A stretch of DNA of 64,000 nt from Candidatus Woesearchaeota archaeon (lineage in GTDB: Archaea > Nanobdellota > Nanobdellia > Woesearchaeales > JABMPP01), in the NCBI GenBank assembly GCA_018303405.1, contig JAGVYD010000014.1, positions 9,350 to 73,349 of the forward strand. The letters are read 5' to 3'. Position numbers and translations under genes: made by a program. The notes under the pieces are model-generated. The model was not told the DNA's origin, ran no database searches, and saw only the letters and a list, made by a program, of their open reading frames with translations. Each line of letters begins with the position of its first letter. Position 1 is the stretch's first letter. Below are positions 46,747-57,164 of the stretch, piece by piece.

Positions 46747-47673
46747 TTATTTTTTCGCTGTTTTCTTCTTCTTTGGCGGCATTATGGAATAAACAACTGT
46801 TTTGTATGTTTTATGGGGCCTGAATTTTTTCTTGAAGAACAGCATGGGGGCATCGCTCCCGCCAAGGTTGACCTCATGGAATTTCATTTTTTTGAGGTAT
46901 GACAGCTCATCGATGTATGCTGTTTCGCCCAAGCCATCAGCACTGTAATCAAGGATGCCTATCGCGGAGTAGGCTTTTTTTGAGTTTGGGATTCGCCAGC
47001 CGGCTGAAATAGTTGCCGGCTTTCCATCAACAAGAATGCTCCTTGCATAATCGCAGCCCTTGAAATTATTGTCAATAAGCTTGATATATTTCCCAATTTC
47101 TGCGCGGTCTCTCAGGGCCCTTTTTCTCACCCATCGCTTTACAAGCTCCTTCAATTGCGATTTCTTGAGTGACCTGGATGAGACAATCCTGACTTTGTGG
47201 AAACGATAGAGCCTGTTGCGCAAATTGCGGATTTTTTTCCAATTTTTGCCGGGTATATTTTCGTCAAAGCCTTTGATCTTGAACAGCGGCCAGTGGAGCG
47301 AGTAGTTTATGCGCGGGAAATGAAATTCATTTTTTGCCTTCTTCATGACAGACTTGCGCAAATTTTCCCGCGTCTCCACAACAACCTTTTTTGCCTTGTC
47401 GTGCCCGATGGCGAAGTTAACAAAGTCAATAAAGATTTTCTGCCTTATTTTGGCAGGGGCAATGACCTCGTCAAATGTGTGCCATGTGCCTTTGCGGCCG
47501 CGCAGCGCAAGAACTCCCATATGTTTCCCAAAGTGGACAAAAACAGGCCTGCACCCTTTTTCCCCCATGTAAAGATAATGCTGATAATTGTGCTCTGGCC
47601 CGGTGCCGTATTTCCTGATTGCCTTAAGCACAATTCTTTTATGCGCCTTAAGCTGCAATATTTTTATTGCCAT
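46747..47673 (-). CDS. DUF2156-like protein (MprF C-terminal-like aminoacyl-tRNA-dependent transferase fold).
   Basis: 308 aa. ...FHEVNLGGSDAP... resembles the conserved (F)NLG(G/M)AP motif of phosphatidylglycerol lysyltransferase C-terminal domains. Basic termini. Confidence 0.4.
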   Translation of the reverse strand: MAIKILQLKAHKRIVLKAIRKYGTGPEHNYQHYLYMGEKGCRPVFVHFGKHMGVLALRGRKGTWHTFDEVIAPAKIRQKIFIDFVNFAIGHDKAKKVVVETRENLRKSVMKKAKNEFHFPRINYSLHWPLFKIKGFDENIPGKNWKKIRNLRNRLYRFHKVRIVSSRSLKKSQLKELVKRWVRKRALRDRAEIGKYIKLIDNNFKGCDYARSILVDGKPATISAGWRIPNSKKAYSAIGILDYSADGLGETAYIDELSYLKKMKFHEVNLGGSDAPMLFFKKKFRPHKTYKTVVYSIMPPKKKKTAKK

Positions 47674-47798
47674 TGATGAATCATTGACTGATATCTATTT
47701 ATGTTTTTTTATATTTTATGATTGAAGATGTGCATAAAGTAGAGTAGGCAATCATAAATGGAAAAAATCACAGGCAATGATAAAGAAAAACACAAAAA

Positions 47799-48863
47799 TT
47801 ACTTTGCTTCCGGGTTTGGGCTTTCAAGCTGGGAATTAAGCTTGTTGGCATCAATCTCTGTCATATTGTATATTTCATGCTTGATGCCGTACCTGTCCAG
47901 GGCTATTGTGAAAATCCTGTTGATCATCTCATTATAAGTGATGCCAAGAGATTTTGCCGCTTTTGGCAGGGTGTTGTCAGCGCTTATGCCTGGATTTGGG
48001 TTTAATTCGAGGACATAAGGCGTTCCATCTGCTGAGAGCCTGAAATCAATTCTCCCGTAATCCCTTGCGCCAAGAATCTTATAAGTGTCGAGGGCAATCT
48101 TCCTTAGCTTGACCTCCAGGCTTTTTGGCAGGTCTACGGGGCATATCTCAACGCTTTTCTGGAAAATTTCGCTTTCCTTGTCCCACTTTGCATCATAGGT
48201 GAAAATCCTGTGCATACCTGGCTCAAGCTCGCCAAAGACAATTTCACTGACAGGCAAGGCCTGGGCTGTGCCATTGTTGCCCCACACACCAACTGCAAAC
48301 TCCCTCCCGTCAATATACTCTTCCACAAGGGCAGGCTGGTTATATGTGCGGATAATGTAGCTGACCCTCCTCATTAATTCTTTCTCATCATTTACAATTG
48401 CGTCATTGGTTATGCCAATGCTGTTGTCCATGGCAACTGGCTTGACAATGAGCGGGAAAGTCAGGTCAGGGCTCACTTTCTTGTTCCTGGAATAGAAAAC
48501 CTGGAATTTCGGAGTCGGGATGCCGTAATAATTCAAAATTTCCTTGACTTTGACCTTGTTCATGCACAGTGCAAGTGTCAATGGCGCTGAGCCTGTGTAA
48601 GGGATTCCAAGAAGCTCCAGCATCGCCGCGACATGAGGCTCAAAGAAGCTGTTGCCATTAAACCTTTCGCAGACATTGAATGCCATGTCCACATTTGCCT
48701 TTCTGAGCTTCTCAAAGGTTTTTTCATTCACATCAAAGAATGACACTTCATGGCCATACTCCTTAAGCGCTGTGACAACGCTTCTGCCAACTTCGACAAG
48801 GTCGTCCTCGACTTCCTTGAACTCATTATCCTCGAAGACATTTGAAAGAACCGCGACCCTCAT
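47799..48863 (-). CDS. ATP-grasp ligase of the D-alanine--D-alanine ligase (Ddl) family.
   Basis: N-terminus MRVAVLSNVFEDNE...ALKEYGHEV plus an ATP-grasp core. Confidence 0.6.
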   Translation of the reverse strand: MRVAVLSNVFEDNEFKEVEDDLVEVGRSVVTALKEYGHEVSFFDVNEKTFEKLRKANVDMAFNVCERFNGNSFFEPHVAAMLELLGIPYTGSAPLTLALCMNKVKVKEILNYYGIPTPKFQVFYSRNKKVSPDLTFPLIVKPVAMDNSIGITNDAIVNDEKELMRRVSYIIRTYNQPALVEEYIDGREFAVGVWGNNGTAQALPVSEIVFGELEPGMHRIFTYDAKWDKESEIFQKSVEICPVDLPKSLEVKLRKIALDTYKILGARDYGRIDFRLSADGTPYVLELNPNPGISADNTLPKAAKSLGITYNEMINRIFTIALDRYGIKHEIYNMTEIDANKLNSQLESPNPEAK

Positions 48864-49271
48864 AAGCGCACCCTCGGTACATTGATTGCACAGAAATTTT
48901 TAGACAAAACTGTCACAGTCTTGGTTTTTGAGAACAGACTGGATTTCTCATGGCTGGATTGGTCAACTCTGGCTACCATTTTTTGCTAGTCGTTGCTGTT
49001 TCCAGCCGTTTTAGTTGGTTAATTGAGATTTTCATTTCAATTTTTTATAAATTATGTCCTAGCTAATATTTAAATATTTTTATTTTGCGCGGAATTTTTT
49101 TGGAATTTTGATGAAATTTGATAAAAAAATGGCTGAAATCGGTTCTAATCGCATATTTTTGCCTAAAATCAGCAATAAAACCGCAAAAGCAAAAAAAATT
49201 AGAATAAAAAAATGCAAAATCCGACCGGAATCAATCAACAGATAATTAACAAATACATTTCAGGCACTCAA

Positions 49272-49364
49272 CTAATCATTGTCATCAGGGTCATTCCCAT
49301 CAAAATTGTCTCCCCAGTCATCGTCTGAATCATCATCAAAATAATTTTTCCATGGTCCTTCCAT
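49272..49364 (-). CDS. 30-aa highly acidic micro-protein with a strong Shine-Dalgarno.
   Basis: AAGGAGGTGAGAAGG-ATG; MEGPWKNYFDDDSDDDWGDNFDGNDPDDND. Its SD overlaps the stop of the upstream Zn-ribbon ORF. Confidence 0.35.
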   Translation of the reverse strand: MEGPWKNYFDDDSDDDWGDNFDGNDPDDND

Positions 49365-49378
49365 CCTTCTCACCTCCT

Positions 49379-49495
49379 TAAAGAGTTTTGATTTCCGCCC
49401 CTCTTGGCATTGCTTCTCCGCACTCAGGGCAATATTCCTCTTCCTCATCCATCAGATAGCCGCACATTGGGCATTCGAGCTCCGCCATAATCATC
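49379..49495 (-). CDS. 38-aa zinc-ribbon micro-protein.
   Basis: MIMAELECPMCGYLMDEEEEYCPECGEAMPRGAEIKTL with CPxCG...CPECG. A GGGGTGA SD-like motif lies upstream. Confidence 0.35.
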
Positions 49496-49727
49496 ACCCC
49501 GATGTCCGCTAAAAGTTAAGGCAGGGAAATTGATGCAGGACAGGTGCATTGCAGTTTCCTGTTTTCAGTTTCTGCAACCCGATTCCCCCACTTCCATTTC
49601 TCATGCCTTTCTTCTCGCGACTTTTTTGTTTTTTTGATTTTTTATTATTTTTCTATTCAAGGCAGGAGTGGCTACATAGTTTTTATGTATTTAAATCTTA
49701 TCTTTCCGCATATCCTTCTCTGAAGCT

Positions 49728-51659
49728 CTATAATGGCATCCCGATTTCGTGCATCAATTCCACGTATGATGCAGCGCTCCATGCCTGTGCCTTGCATCCC
49801 TGCGGCTTAAGCCTGGAGGCAGAGCTTACTTCTGAATGGTGCCCTAAGAATCCCTGGTATAGTATGTCGCTGGTGCTGGAGTTAAGGATGCCCTGGATTT
49901 CCTTGGAAAATCCCCTCCGGCTCACTTGGTGCATTGAGATTGCTGCCAAGTTGTTGATAAAGTACCATGAATCACCGCGATGGTAGCTTTGGTTGTTTTC
50001 TCCGGTGTAGTCTTGGGTAAACAATGGAGAGCCTTTGTCAATGGTTGCCAGCCCGCCCCAGCCCAGCCATATTCTGTCCAATGCATATGAGAAGACTTTC
50101 CGCCATTGCATGCCGGATAAGAGTTGTGGGTAGATGTAATGCGCAAGGAAGACATTGGGTCTTTGCGTAGCATCCCCGAGGCCATCGCACAATTTTTCCC
50201 CGTCATAAAAGAGCTCCCTTGTGCTTTGCGAGTAAATTTTCTCTGATTTAAGGCAGAAATCATAATTTTCAGTGTCTTTCAGGAGTTTTGAGAGTTTTTT
50301 TGCCACTTCCAGCATTTTCAGGAAAAGGCATTGAATCTCAATCCTCTTGCCTTGCCTTGTGTCCCCTCCATAATCGGTGTCCATCCATGTTTCCAGCGGA
50401 TTATTGTAAATCAGGCCCCTGTCCAGGTATTTCTCCATAATTGATTTCAAAGAAAAATCAAGCTTGTCCTTGAAATACAGAAGGTCCTTTTCAGGCAGGA
50501 TATCATCCAGCAGCTTCCGCTTTTCAAGCGCTTCTATAAGGTCACCCAGCCTCTTGAATGCCCATCCCACAGAATCAGCGCTTGCCAGTTCTGACTTCGG
50601 AAACCTATTGGTGAGGCGGCCATCCTCCCTGAGCTGGCGCAGCAGGCGCTTCAGGATTTTTGCAACAAGCTTATACTGCTCCTGGGCAATCAATGCCCCG
50701 AGTGATATTGCCTCATCCCTGCTCCAAAACTGGAAAAACCATGGCAGGCCTGCAAAAATCCCATCCTCGTGTGGGATTGAAACATACAGTGAATCGATGG
50801 AAGCGGATGCGCAAGCATATGCAACTGCAAATGCCGGGTCTGGCAATGCAAATTTCTGGGCACCCAGTCTTTTTTGGTGGCTTTCAATCTCATCCTGCCA
50901 CTCATGCGCATGCCTTTGCAGTTTATCAGCATTTTCAACAGCTTCCTCCTGAATGTCAGAAAACCCAAATGAGAGGCTTAATGCTTTTTCACAGGCAATT
51001 GAAAATGCCCTGAACACGTACAATTCCTTTGGGGAGGAATTCCTTTCAGCATCATATGGATAATAGTCCTTTTCCCAGGTCTGGAGCAGCCCGACATCCT
51101 TTTCATTGAAATTCCCCTTAATTGCGAGATAAATTGAGTAGGCCTTTTCATTGAGCGTGCTATCCTGGAACTTGGCGTATTCGACGATAATCAGGCCATC
51201 CTGCCTTGAGATGGAATAAATCCTCCCCTGGTCATTAAAATCATAGATTTTCCTGCAGTCAAGGTAAACAGCCAGCTTTCCGGTGAATTCCTTTACATTG
51301 TACTGGAAGGAGTCGCTGTGCGGCATGAAAAAAGTCTCAGAGATATTTCCTGTTTTCCTTTCGGCACTGCCCGGCCTGACAAGAATGGCTTCAGCCGGGA
51401 TGGCGTTGGAAAGCGATGCATCATCCTTGTTGTACAGCTGGATCTTGTCAACTGTCTTGAATAATTGCCAGTCTGCTGCTGGCTCACTGCCTGGCTTTGG
51501 CCTTAATTCACGAAAGAAATGGCAACCTGAAAACCTGCTCGGATTTTGCCCGGCAGATAGGGACAAGTATCCGCCTCTCTTGTTAGTCAGCAGGAATTCT
51601 GCTGATTCCACCTCTTTTTCAGCGTGGTGACCCGCTAAATCATATGATATTTTCACCAT
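49728..51659 (-). CDS. Glycogen debranching enzyme (amylo-alpha-1,6-glucosidase, GDE C-terminal type).
   Basis: 643 aa. Archaeal GDE N-terminal domain plus a GDE_C (alpha/alpha)6 barrel region. Confidence 0.65.
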   Translation of the reverse strand: MVKISYDLAGHHAEKEVESAEFLLTNKRGGYLSLSAGQNPSRFSGCHFFRELRPKPGSEPAADWQLFKTVDKIQLYNKDDASLSNAIPAEAILVRPGSAERKTGNISETFFMPHSDSFQYNVKEFTGKLAVYLDCRKIYDFNDQGRIYSISRQDGLIIVEYAKFQDSTLNEKAYSIYLAIKGNFNEKDVGLLQTWEKDYYPYDAERNSSPKELYVFRAFSIACEKALSLSFGFSDIQEEAVENADKLQRHAHEWQDEIESHQKRLGAQKFALPDPAFAVAYACASASIDSLYVSIPHEDGIFAGLPWFFQFWSRDEAISLGALIAQEQYKLVAKILKRLLRQLREDGRLTNRFPKSELASADSVGWAFKRLGDLIEALEKRKLLDDILPEKDLLYFKDKLDFSLKSIMEKYLDRGLIYNNPLETWMDTDYGGDTRQGKRIEIQCLFLKMLEVAKKLSKLLKDTENYDFCLKSEKIYSQSTRELFYDGEKLCDGLGDATQRPNVFLAHYIYPQLLSGMQWRKVFSYALDRIWLGWGGLATIDKGSPLFTQDYTGENNQSYHRGDSWYFINNLAAISMHQVSRRGFSKEIQGILNSSTSDILYQGFLGHHSEVSSASRLKPQGCKAQAWSAASYVELMHEIGMPL

Positions 51660-51694
51660 TGAACAAATCTTCCGGCCAAAATTGACTAAATGGC

Positions 51695-52678
51695 CTATTC
51701 CTCTTCGATTTCTGAAGACTCCCCGATATTGATTTTCTTGAATTTGCCAGCAAAGACTGAATTTGCCCCGATTATGGACATGTGCAATTGGGTATTCTCA
51801 ATGCGGGTGTTGGCATTTATTATGCTGTCCCTGAGGATGGAATTCAGTATTGTCACATTGCTTGCAACTGAAACATATGGCCCGACAATTGAATTCTCTA
51901 TTATTGCGTCCTTTTCGATGTGGACTGGCGGGATAATGATTGAATTTTTTGTTTTGGCGCCCATCATGCTCCTTTTGTCCAGGAAATACCGGTTGGTGTC
52001 GAGAAGCGCCTCTGCTGTGCCGCAGTCTTTCCAGACCTGGACTTCAAGGGACTTGAATTTCGCCCCCCTGTCAATCATCATCTGGAAGGCATCCATCAGG
52101 TAGTATTCCCCCTTGTTCATCTTTTTCTCCCTGAGCATCTCATTTATGCACTGGAACATCAGCTTGTAATTTCTGACATAATACAATCCGATGTTGACAA
52201 GGTTTGAGATGGGAGGGTCGGCCTTTTCTGAAATTTTAGTCACATCCCCGCTTGAATCTGTCTTGATTTGGCCAAACCTTCTTGGGTCTTCAACGCTTTT
52301 GACAAAAATCCCGCCGTCTTCCTTGATTTTTTTTAGCTCATCGATTTTAGCGTCGGAAATTGTATCAACGAACCAGATTACGACATCTTCCTTTATGTAC
52401 GGCTCCGCAAGCTTGACGGCAGTTGCCTGGCCGTTCAGCACAGTCTGCTCGATGAATCTTGTCCTGAACTTGTAGTTGGCATTGACGAATTCCTCAATTT
52501 GCTCGCCGAGGTAGCCGGTTATGAAGATTATCTCTGAGATGGACTTGTTGCCTTTTATGCTGTCAAGGATATGCGCAAGGACCGGCTTCCCCGCAACTGT
52601 CACAAGGGGCTTTGCCTTAGTGTAAGTGTGCGGCCTCAATCTTGTGCCCATTCCTGCTACGGGTATGATTACCTGCAT
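51695..52678 (-). CDS. Sugar-1-phosphate nucleotidyltransferase with a C-terminal left-handed beta-helix.
   Basis: MQVIIPVAGMGTRLRP...KPLV (NTP-transferase motif). Hexapeptide repeats at the C-terminus. Confidence 0.7.
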   Translation of the reverse strand: MQVIIPVAGMGTRLRPHTYTKAKPLVTVAGKPVLAHILDSIKGNKSISEIIFITGYLGEQIEEFVNANYKFRTRFIEQTVLNGQATAVKLAEPYIKEDVVIWFVDTISDAKIDELKKIKEDGGIFVKSVEDPRRFGQIKTDSSGDVTKISEKADPPISNLVNIGLYYVRNYKLMFQCINEMLREKKMNKGEYYLMDAFQMMIDRGAKFKSLEVQVWKDCGTAEALLDTNRYFLDKRSMMGAKTKNSIIIPPVHIEKDAIIENSIVGPYVSVASNVTILNSILRDSIINANTRIENTQLHMSIIGANSVFAGKFKKINIGESSEIEEE

Positions 52679-52728
52679 TTTTACGGATAATTCAGAGGTA
52701 TATTTAAAATTAATGCCATTGCGCAGAC

Positions 52729-53730
52729 CTAAATCTCACCCCTAAAGAACTTTGCCGCCTCTTCAGGGGGAACCGTGTTGATGTATGCTTCTGTGCCAAT
52801 TTCAAATCCGGCGAGCCTGGCTATTCGCGGGGTAAATTCAAGGTGAAAGTGAAGATTGCGCCCTGGCGGCGCATTGTGGAGGTAAAAATTGTAAGGATGG
52901 CCCAGTTCCTTTAGTTTTGCGAGCACCTTTTGGAAAATATCGGCAAAATCCTGCAATTCAACATAGTTGAGGTCCTGCATGGACGTCAAGTGCCTTTTCG
53001 GGAAAAGCCATAATTCATAGTTATATCTCGAAGCATAAGGCGTAAATGCTGCAAAATACTTTGTTTCGATGCATTTTCTGTAGCTTCCTTTCTCAATATC
53101 GACAATCCTGCAGTAGGGGCAGTGGCCTTTTTCCTTCTGGAAGGATTCAGCTGCATCTGATTCCTGGCGGATTATTGACGGAACCAGGTTCATGGACAGG
53201 ATTTGGGTATGGGTATGGACAAGGGAGGCGCCGCCCTCCTTGCCGTGATTCTTGAAAAGAACAACATATTTTGCGCTCGGATTTTTTTGCAGCTCCTTCA
53301 TCCTGAGGTTGTAGACTTTGACAACTTCAAGTATCTGCTCTTTGGCCAGGTCGTGGAGATGCTGGCCGTGCTGCGGAGTTTCCACCACGATTTCATGCAT
53401 GCCATAGGGGTTTGAAAACGTGAAAAAATCGTTGTCAGTCCTTATTTCAGGGGTTCCTGCGAGCTCAGTGGCCGGGAACTTGTTCGGGAATACCCTTACC
53501 TGCCATGAATTTGCCTTTTCAAGCCTGTAAATTTCAGGAGGCGTCAAATGCTCATTTCCCGGGCAAAAGAAGCATATTTTTTCACTTTGCGCAGATTCCT
53601 CTGGCTTGAACTCCCTCGGCCGTGCACCCCTGCCGCTGGATATGATTGCCCACCTGTCCAGAAGATAATCCTTCCTTAGCTCCATTTTCCATCCTTTTTT
53701 GCGTCTTTGCTCCCAACAATCAACCAACAA
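52729..53730 (-). CDS. GalT-type HIT-family hexose-1-phosphate nucleotidyltransferase or phosphorylase.
   Basis: HxHxQ active site (VHTHTQ). Zn-binding Cys/His pairs are present. Confidence 0.6.
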   Translation of the reverse strand: MLVDCWEQRRKKGWKMELRKDYLLDRWAIISSGRGARPREFKPEESAQSEKICFFCPGNEHLTPPEIYRLEKANSWQVRVFPNKFPATELAGTPEIRTDNDFFTFSNPYGMHEIVVETPQHGQHLHDLAKEQILEVVKVYNLRMKELQKNPSAKYVVLFKNHGKEGGASLVHTHTQILSMNLVPSIIRQESDAAESFQKEKGHCPYCRIVDIEKGSYRKCIETKYFAAFTPYASRYNYELWLFPKRHLTSMQDLNYVELQDFADIFQKVLAKLKELGHPYNFYLHNAPPGRNLHFHLEFTPRIARLAGFEIGTEAYINTVPPEEAAKFFRGEI

Positions 53731-53783
53731 TCAACCGATAAATTGATTATGGGCCCTCATAAAATGAAACTATGCTATTTTCA

Positions 53784-53948
53784 GGCGCTGTAGAAAATCT
53801 CGGCTGGTGCCTCGGTCTTGCCATCGGCTCGCATTCTCTGATTTGGCATGAAGATGCAAATTCCTCTTGCAATCTCCTTTGCATATGCTTCTGTGGCAAT
53901 AAAATGCTCGCATAACTGATGGCAAGACTTACATTTTCTACAGCGCCC
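53784..53948 (-). mobile_element. MITE-like element, copy B (165 bp, inverted relative to copy A), with a 10-bp target-site duplication.
   Basis: Flanking direct repeat CTATTTTCAG on both sides. TIRs GGCGCTGTAGAAAAT / (A)CATTTTCTACAGCGCC. About 90% identical to copy A. Confidence 0.75.
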
Positions 53949-53964
53949 TATTTTCAGGCAAAGC

Positions 53965-55758
53965 CTAATGCTTGTCCACTGCCATATTGTGCGCCCGGAT
54001 GTAATTCTCGGCAAAATTTTTCCAGTCCGACGTCGAGCTGATTTTCTTGGCCTCATACTTGTTTGCAATCCTTTCTTCCCGCGTCAGCTGCGTATAGTCA
54101 AGCAGTATCTGCTTGAGGTTTTCAACAACGCTCCCGTCATTCCTGTTCATCCTGTTGACAACATAAATCCCTGGAAACTTTGATGGCTTGCATTCCTTGC
54201 AGATATACCTGCCAAACCCTGCAAGGTCTGTAGTGACTGATGCCACCCCGAGCGCTGCAGCCTCAAGAGGCGTGTAGCCCCAGGGCTCATAGTATGAAGG
54301 GAATATTCCCAGCTGCGAGCCGAGGATGGCCTCATAATAATTGAGGTCCAATAATCCATCAGAGCCTGTGAGATAGGTTGGGTAATACACAACCTTGACT
54401 TTGTCATCCTTTGAATTTGTAAGGCCCTGCTCGGCAAAGCCGTTGAGGATTGAATCATGCGCTTCGTCATAGAGGTCATGTGTTGCTATGGGCGGCTTGC
54501 CGGATTTTTTTAGCTTAAGCCCCTTTTTCTTGAGCTCCTTTGTAAGCTCGGCGCCAAAAACGCTTTCTGCAGTTATCGCAGCGCCTGTTGCCATGGAAAG
54601 AATAAGGCTGTTTTTTATGTCGGGCAATGAGTCTTCAATGGATTCATGGATGTCCATGAAATTTGCCCTGCTCTCCAAAACTTCAGGCTTAATGCCGCGC
54701 ACATTTGCAGGAATCCAGAAAAATGCCACAACTGTCTTGTTGCTTTTCTCTTTCTTCATGATTTGGTTAAGCTGGCCCAGCGCCTTCACAAATACATCAA
54801 TCCCCTTGTCATGGTATTCATACCGGCCGACGATAAAATAGATGTATGTCTTGGCCAGGTTAAATTGGTAGTAGGGGAAGAAATAATAAATCAAAAAAGA
54901 TTTTATCCTGGTTTTCAGCAGCTGGTGCTTGATGGCAATTTCCTCCATGGTTGGAAATTTTTCAAGATGAAGTCCGTTGGGCAGCAGCAGGTCAGGCTCC
55001 TTTCCCAGCAGGTGCTTTGCTTCTATGCCGGTGATTTCACTGACAGTGGTAAAGATATCCGCATTGTGCGCCGCAGCTTTTTCTGTGAGGTGCTTGGCCT
55101 GTATCCCGAATTTTTTTGCTTCACTGTCGCCGTCCAGGGTTCCAAATTTGTTGTAAAGGTCAACATTGTTGGATGCAAGTGTCCTGCCAATCATCGTTGC
55201 ATGGGTTGTAAAAACTGTCGCAACCTTGCTGTTTGCTGCCTTAAGGTAAAGCAGCCCGCCGGCTGACAGCCACTCATGGAACTGCGCCACAACTTTTGCA
55301 TTGGATGATTTTGCAACAGCATCGATCAATTTGCCGGCAGAGTATGACCAGATAGTCGGCTCATCGTAATCATGGAAGTGGGTGCCCAGTGAATCAATTT
55401 GAAATTTGCTCCACAACTCTCCCTTTATGGCATTGCCTTGCGATGAGAATGATGTAAAATCAATCAGGATCGTTGAAGGCCCCCCTCCAATCAGCCATTT
55501 CCCGAAGTGGCATATGATGCCCTCGCGCTTTAACGCATCAAATATATCCCTCAGTTGGTGCGGCGGGACAGTTTCGTGAAATTCCCCTGTTGCCTTGTTT
55601 GGAAAATATGGGCCAATCAGATAATAATTAGCATAAGCGCGCATCATTGATTCAGCTTTGCTGCTGACTACTGTGTAAATCCCGCCGACCTTATTGCAAA
55701 CTTCCCATGAGACTTCGAAAAAAAAGTCTGCTTTTGGCTGTTCGGCTATAATGGTCAC
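53965..55758 (-). CDS. Eukaryote-type (GT3 family) glycogen synthase.
   Basis: N-terminus ...FFFEVSWEVCNKVGGIYTVVSSKA... closely resembles the GT3 glycogen synthase start (FEVAWEVANKVGGIYTV). Confidence 0.65.
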   Translation of the reverse strand: MTIIAEQPKADFFFEVSWEVCNKVGGIYTVVSSKAESMMRAYANYYLIGPYFPNKATGEFHETVPPHQLRDIFDALKREGIICHFGKWLIGGGPSTILIDFTSFSSQGNAIKGELWSKFQIDSLGTHFHDYDEPTIWSYSAGKLIDAVAKSSNAKVVAQFHEWLSAGGLLYLKAANSKVATVFTTHATMIGRTLASNNVDLYNKFGTLDGDSEAKKFGIQAKHLTEKAAAHNADIFTTVSEITGIEAKHLLGKEPDLLLPNGLHLEKFPTMEEIAIKHQLLKTRIKSFLIYYFFPYYQFNLAKTYIYFIVGRYEYHDKGIDVFVKALGQLNQIMKKEKSNKTVVAFFWIPANVRGIKPEVLESRANFMDIHESIEDSLPDIKNSLILSMATGAAITAESVFGAELTKELKKKGLKLKKSGKPPIATHDLYDEAHDSILNGFAEQGLTNSKDDKVKVVYYPTYLTGSDGLLDLNYYEAILGSQLGIFPSYYEPWGYTPLEAAALGVASVTTDLAGFGRYICKECKPSKFPGIYVVNRMNRNDGSVVENLKQILLDYTQLTREERIANKYEAKKISSTSDWKNFAENYIRAHNMAVDKH

Positions 55759-55963
55759 CTCTTTGATGTCTCTTTTGTAATATTTACATGAATGATGTTA
55801 TTATTTACATTATTAATAATGTTAGTTATGAGAGTGTTTTATGAGGGTATTTTCCTTTGGTATTTATCAGTTTTTATGTATATCTTGACCATATCCCTTA
55901 TATATGCTTTATGCATTGCCAGTATATAAACCTATACCTTCTATTGGCGCAGGACAATGCGCC

Positions 55964-56554
55964 TCACTGCACAAATACTTTATCGTTTGGCCAATTGTCC
56001 CGTATCTTGCCCGAATCAAGGTTGAATTTATTGTAGTTATGCAGCATAGTCAGGCTCTGGGTTAAGGGCAGTGAGATGGATTCCTGTATGGATCCCTTTC
56101 CAAAATGCCTGTCAAGCATTGGAGCAATTTCAGCATTGAAAATCTCAAGTATGTCAGTATCAATCCGCGATTCTACTGTTATGATGAATACCAGCTGGCC
56201 ATTCATTTCACCCAGGTCACTGGAAACCACATGTTTCAGGAATAAAGGTGTTAATTCGCCTGGCTGGTAAAAGGCATCAAGGAATTGCTTGCGCGTAATG
56301 CCATAACGCAGCTTGATCATGTACATCTGCCTTGCGCTGAAAACCTGGGTTCCATCCTTCCAGTTGTTAACATGGGCAAAATAAGTTAGGATGCCTTTTT
56401 GTTCCAGCTCCTTTCGTTTGCGGTTTACAGTAGCAACGGGCAGCTTGGCACGGCTGGCAATCTTATTGTCTGATGATCTGGGATTTCGAATAAGCTCAGA
56501 AAGCATTTTGGTTTCCTTGGCGTCAAAAAGGTGCATGAATGTGCTAAAGTGCAT
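55964..56554 (-). CDS. Winged-helix transcriptional regulator.
   Basis: N-terminal HTH (...LSELIRNPRSSDNKIASRAKLPVATVNRKRKELEQKGIL...). Confidence 0.45.
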   Translation of the reverse strand: MHFSTFMHLFDAKETKMLSELIRNPRSSDNKIASRAKLPVATVNRKRKELEQKGILTYFAHVNNWKDGTQVFSARQMYMIKLRYGITRKQFLDAFYQPGELTPLFLKHVVSSDLGEMNGQLVFIITVESRIDTDILEIFNAEIAPMLDRHFGKGSIQESISLPLTQSLTMLHNYNKFNLDSGKIRDNWPNDKVFVQ

Positions 56555-57164
56555 GATATATAAATATGTTATGATTTTGCATAAAATGATATAAATATTC
56601 CAAATATAGAATAAAATATGGTGATTTTTATATAATAATCATTAAAAGTGAGATATAATTTGATAGAAAGTTTTCAGAGAGTACCGGAGCATTGCTTGGC
56701 TGTGAGTTCTATTATTCAGGCTATAGATGAGGGAATATTGCAGATTGGCTAAGTTACATAGGCTCTGTCCAGAGACTTGGTTTTGGCATCAAGGTTGTGA
56801 GACTTATCAATTCTCACATAAGGCATTTTTCGGAGTTCCAGAGAGAAAAATGCAATTTCTTCCTGGAGTTGAAGGCGAACAGATGCCAAAACTCGAGCCG
56901 AAGGCGAGATTCTGGACAGCGCCATTTACATAGTAAAATTTATATACTCAGTTAATATTTTTCATATTGGAGAGTGTATATAATAAACATTGGTGGATTG
57001 ACATTAATAACAGTGTTAAACTTTGCTGCATACAAGTTTATTGCACTACGTGAAACGTGAGTTAGTTGGATGCTTAGACAATGGTAGGCAACACACCTTG
57101 CCCAAATTTGACCTTTTTTATAAATTCGCAAAAGAGGCTATTATTAAAAAAGTAAGAGGACCTG

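Noticed and set aside
49549-49986. 145-aa plus-strand ORF
   Set aside because: It overlaps the 3' end of the debranching enzyme gene and has low-complexity hydrophobic content. It is likely spurious.
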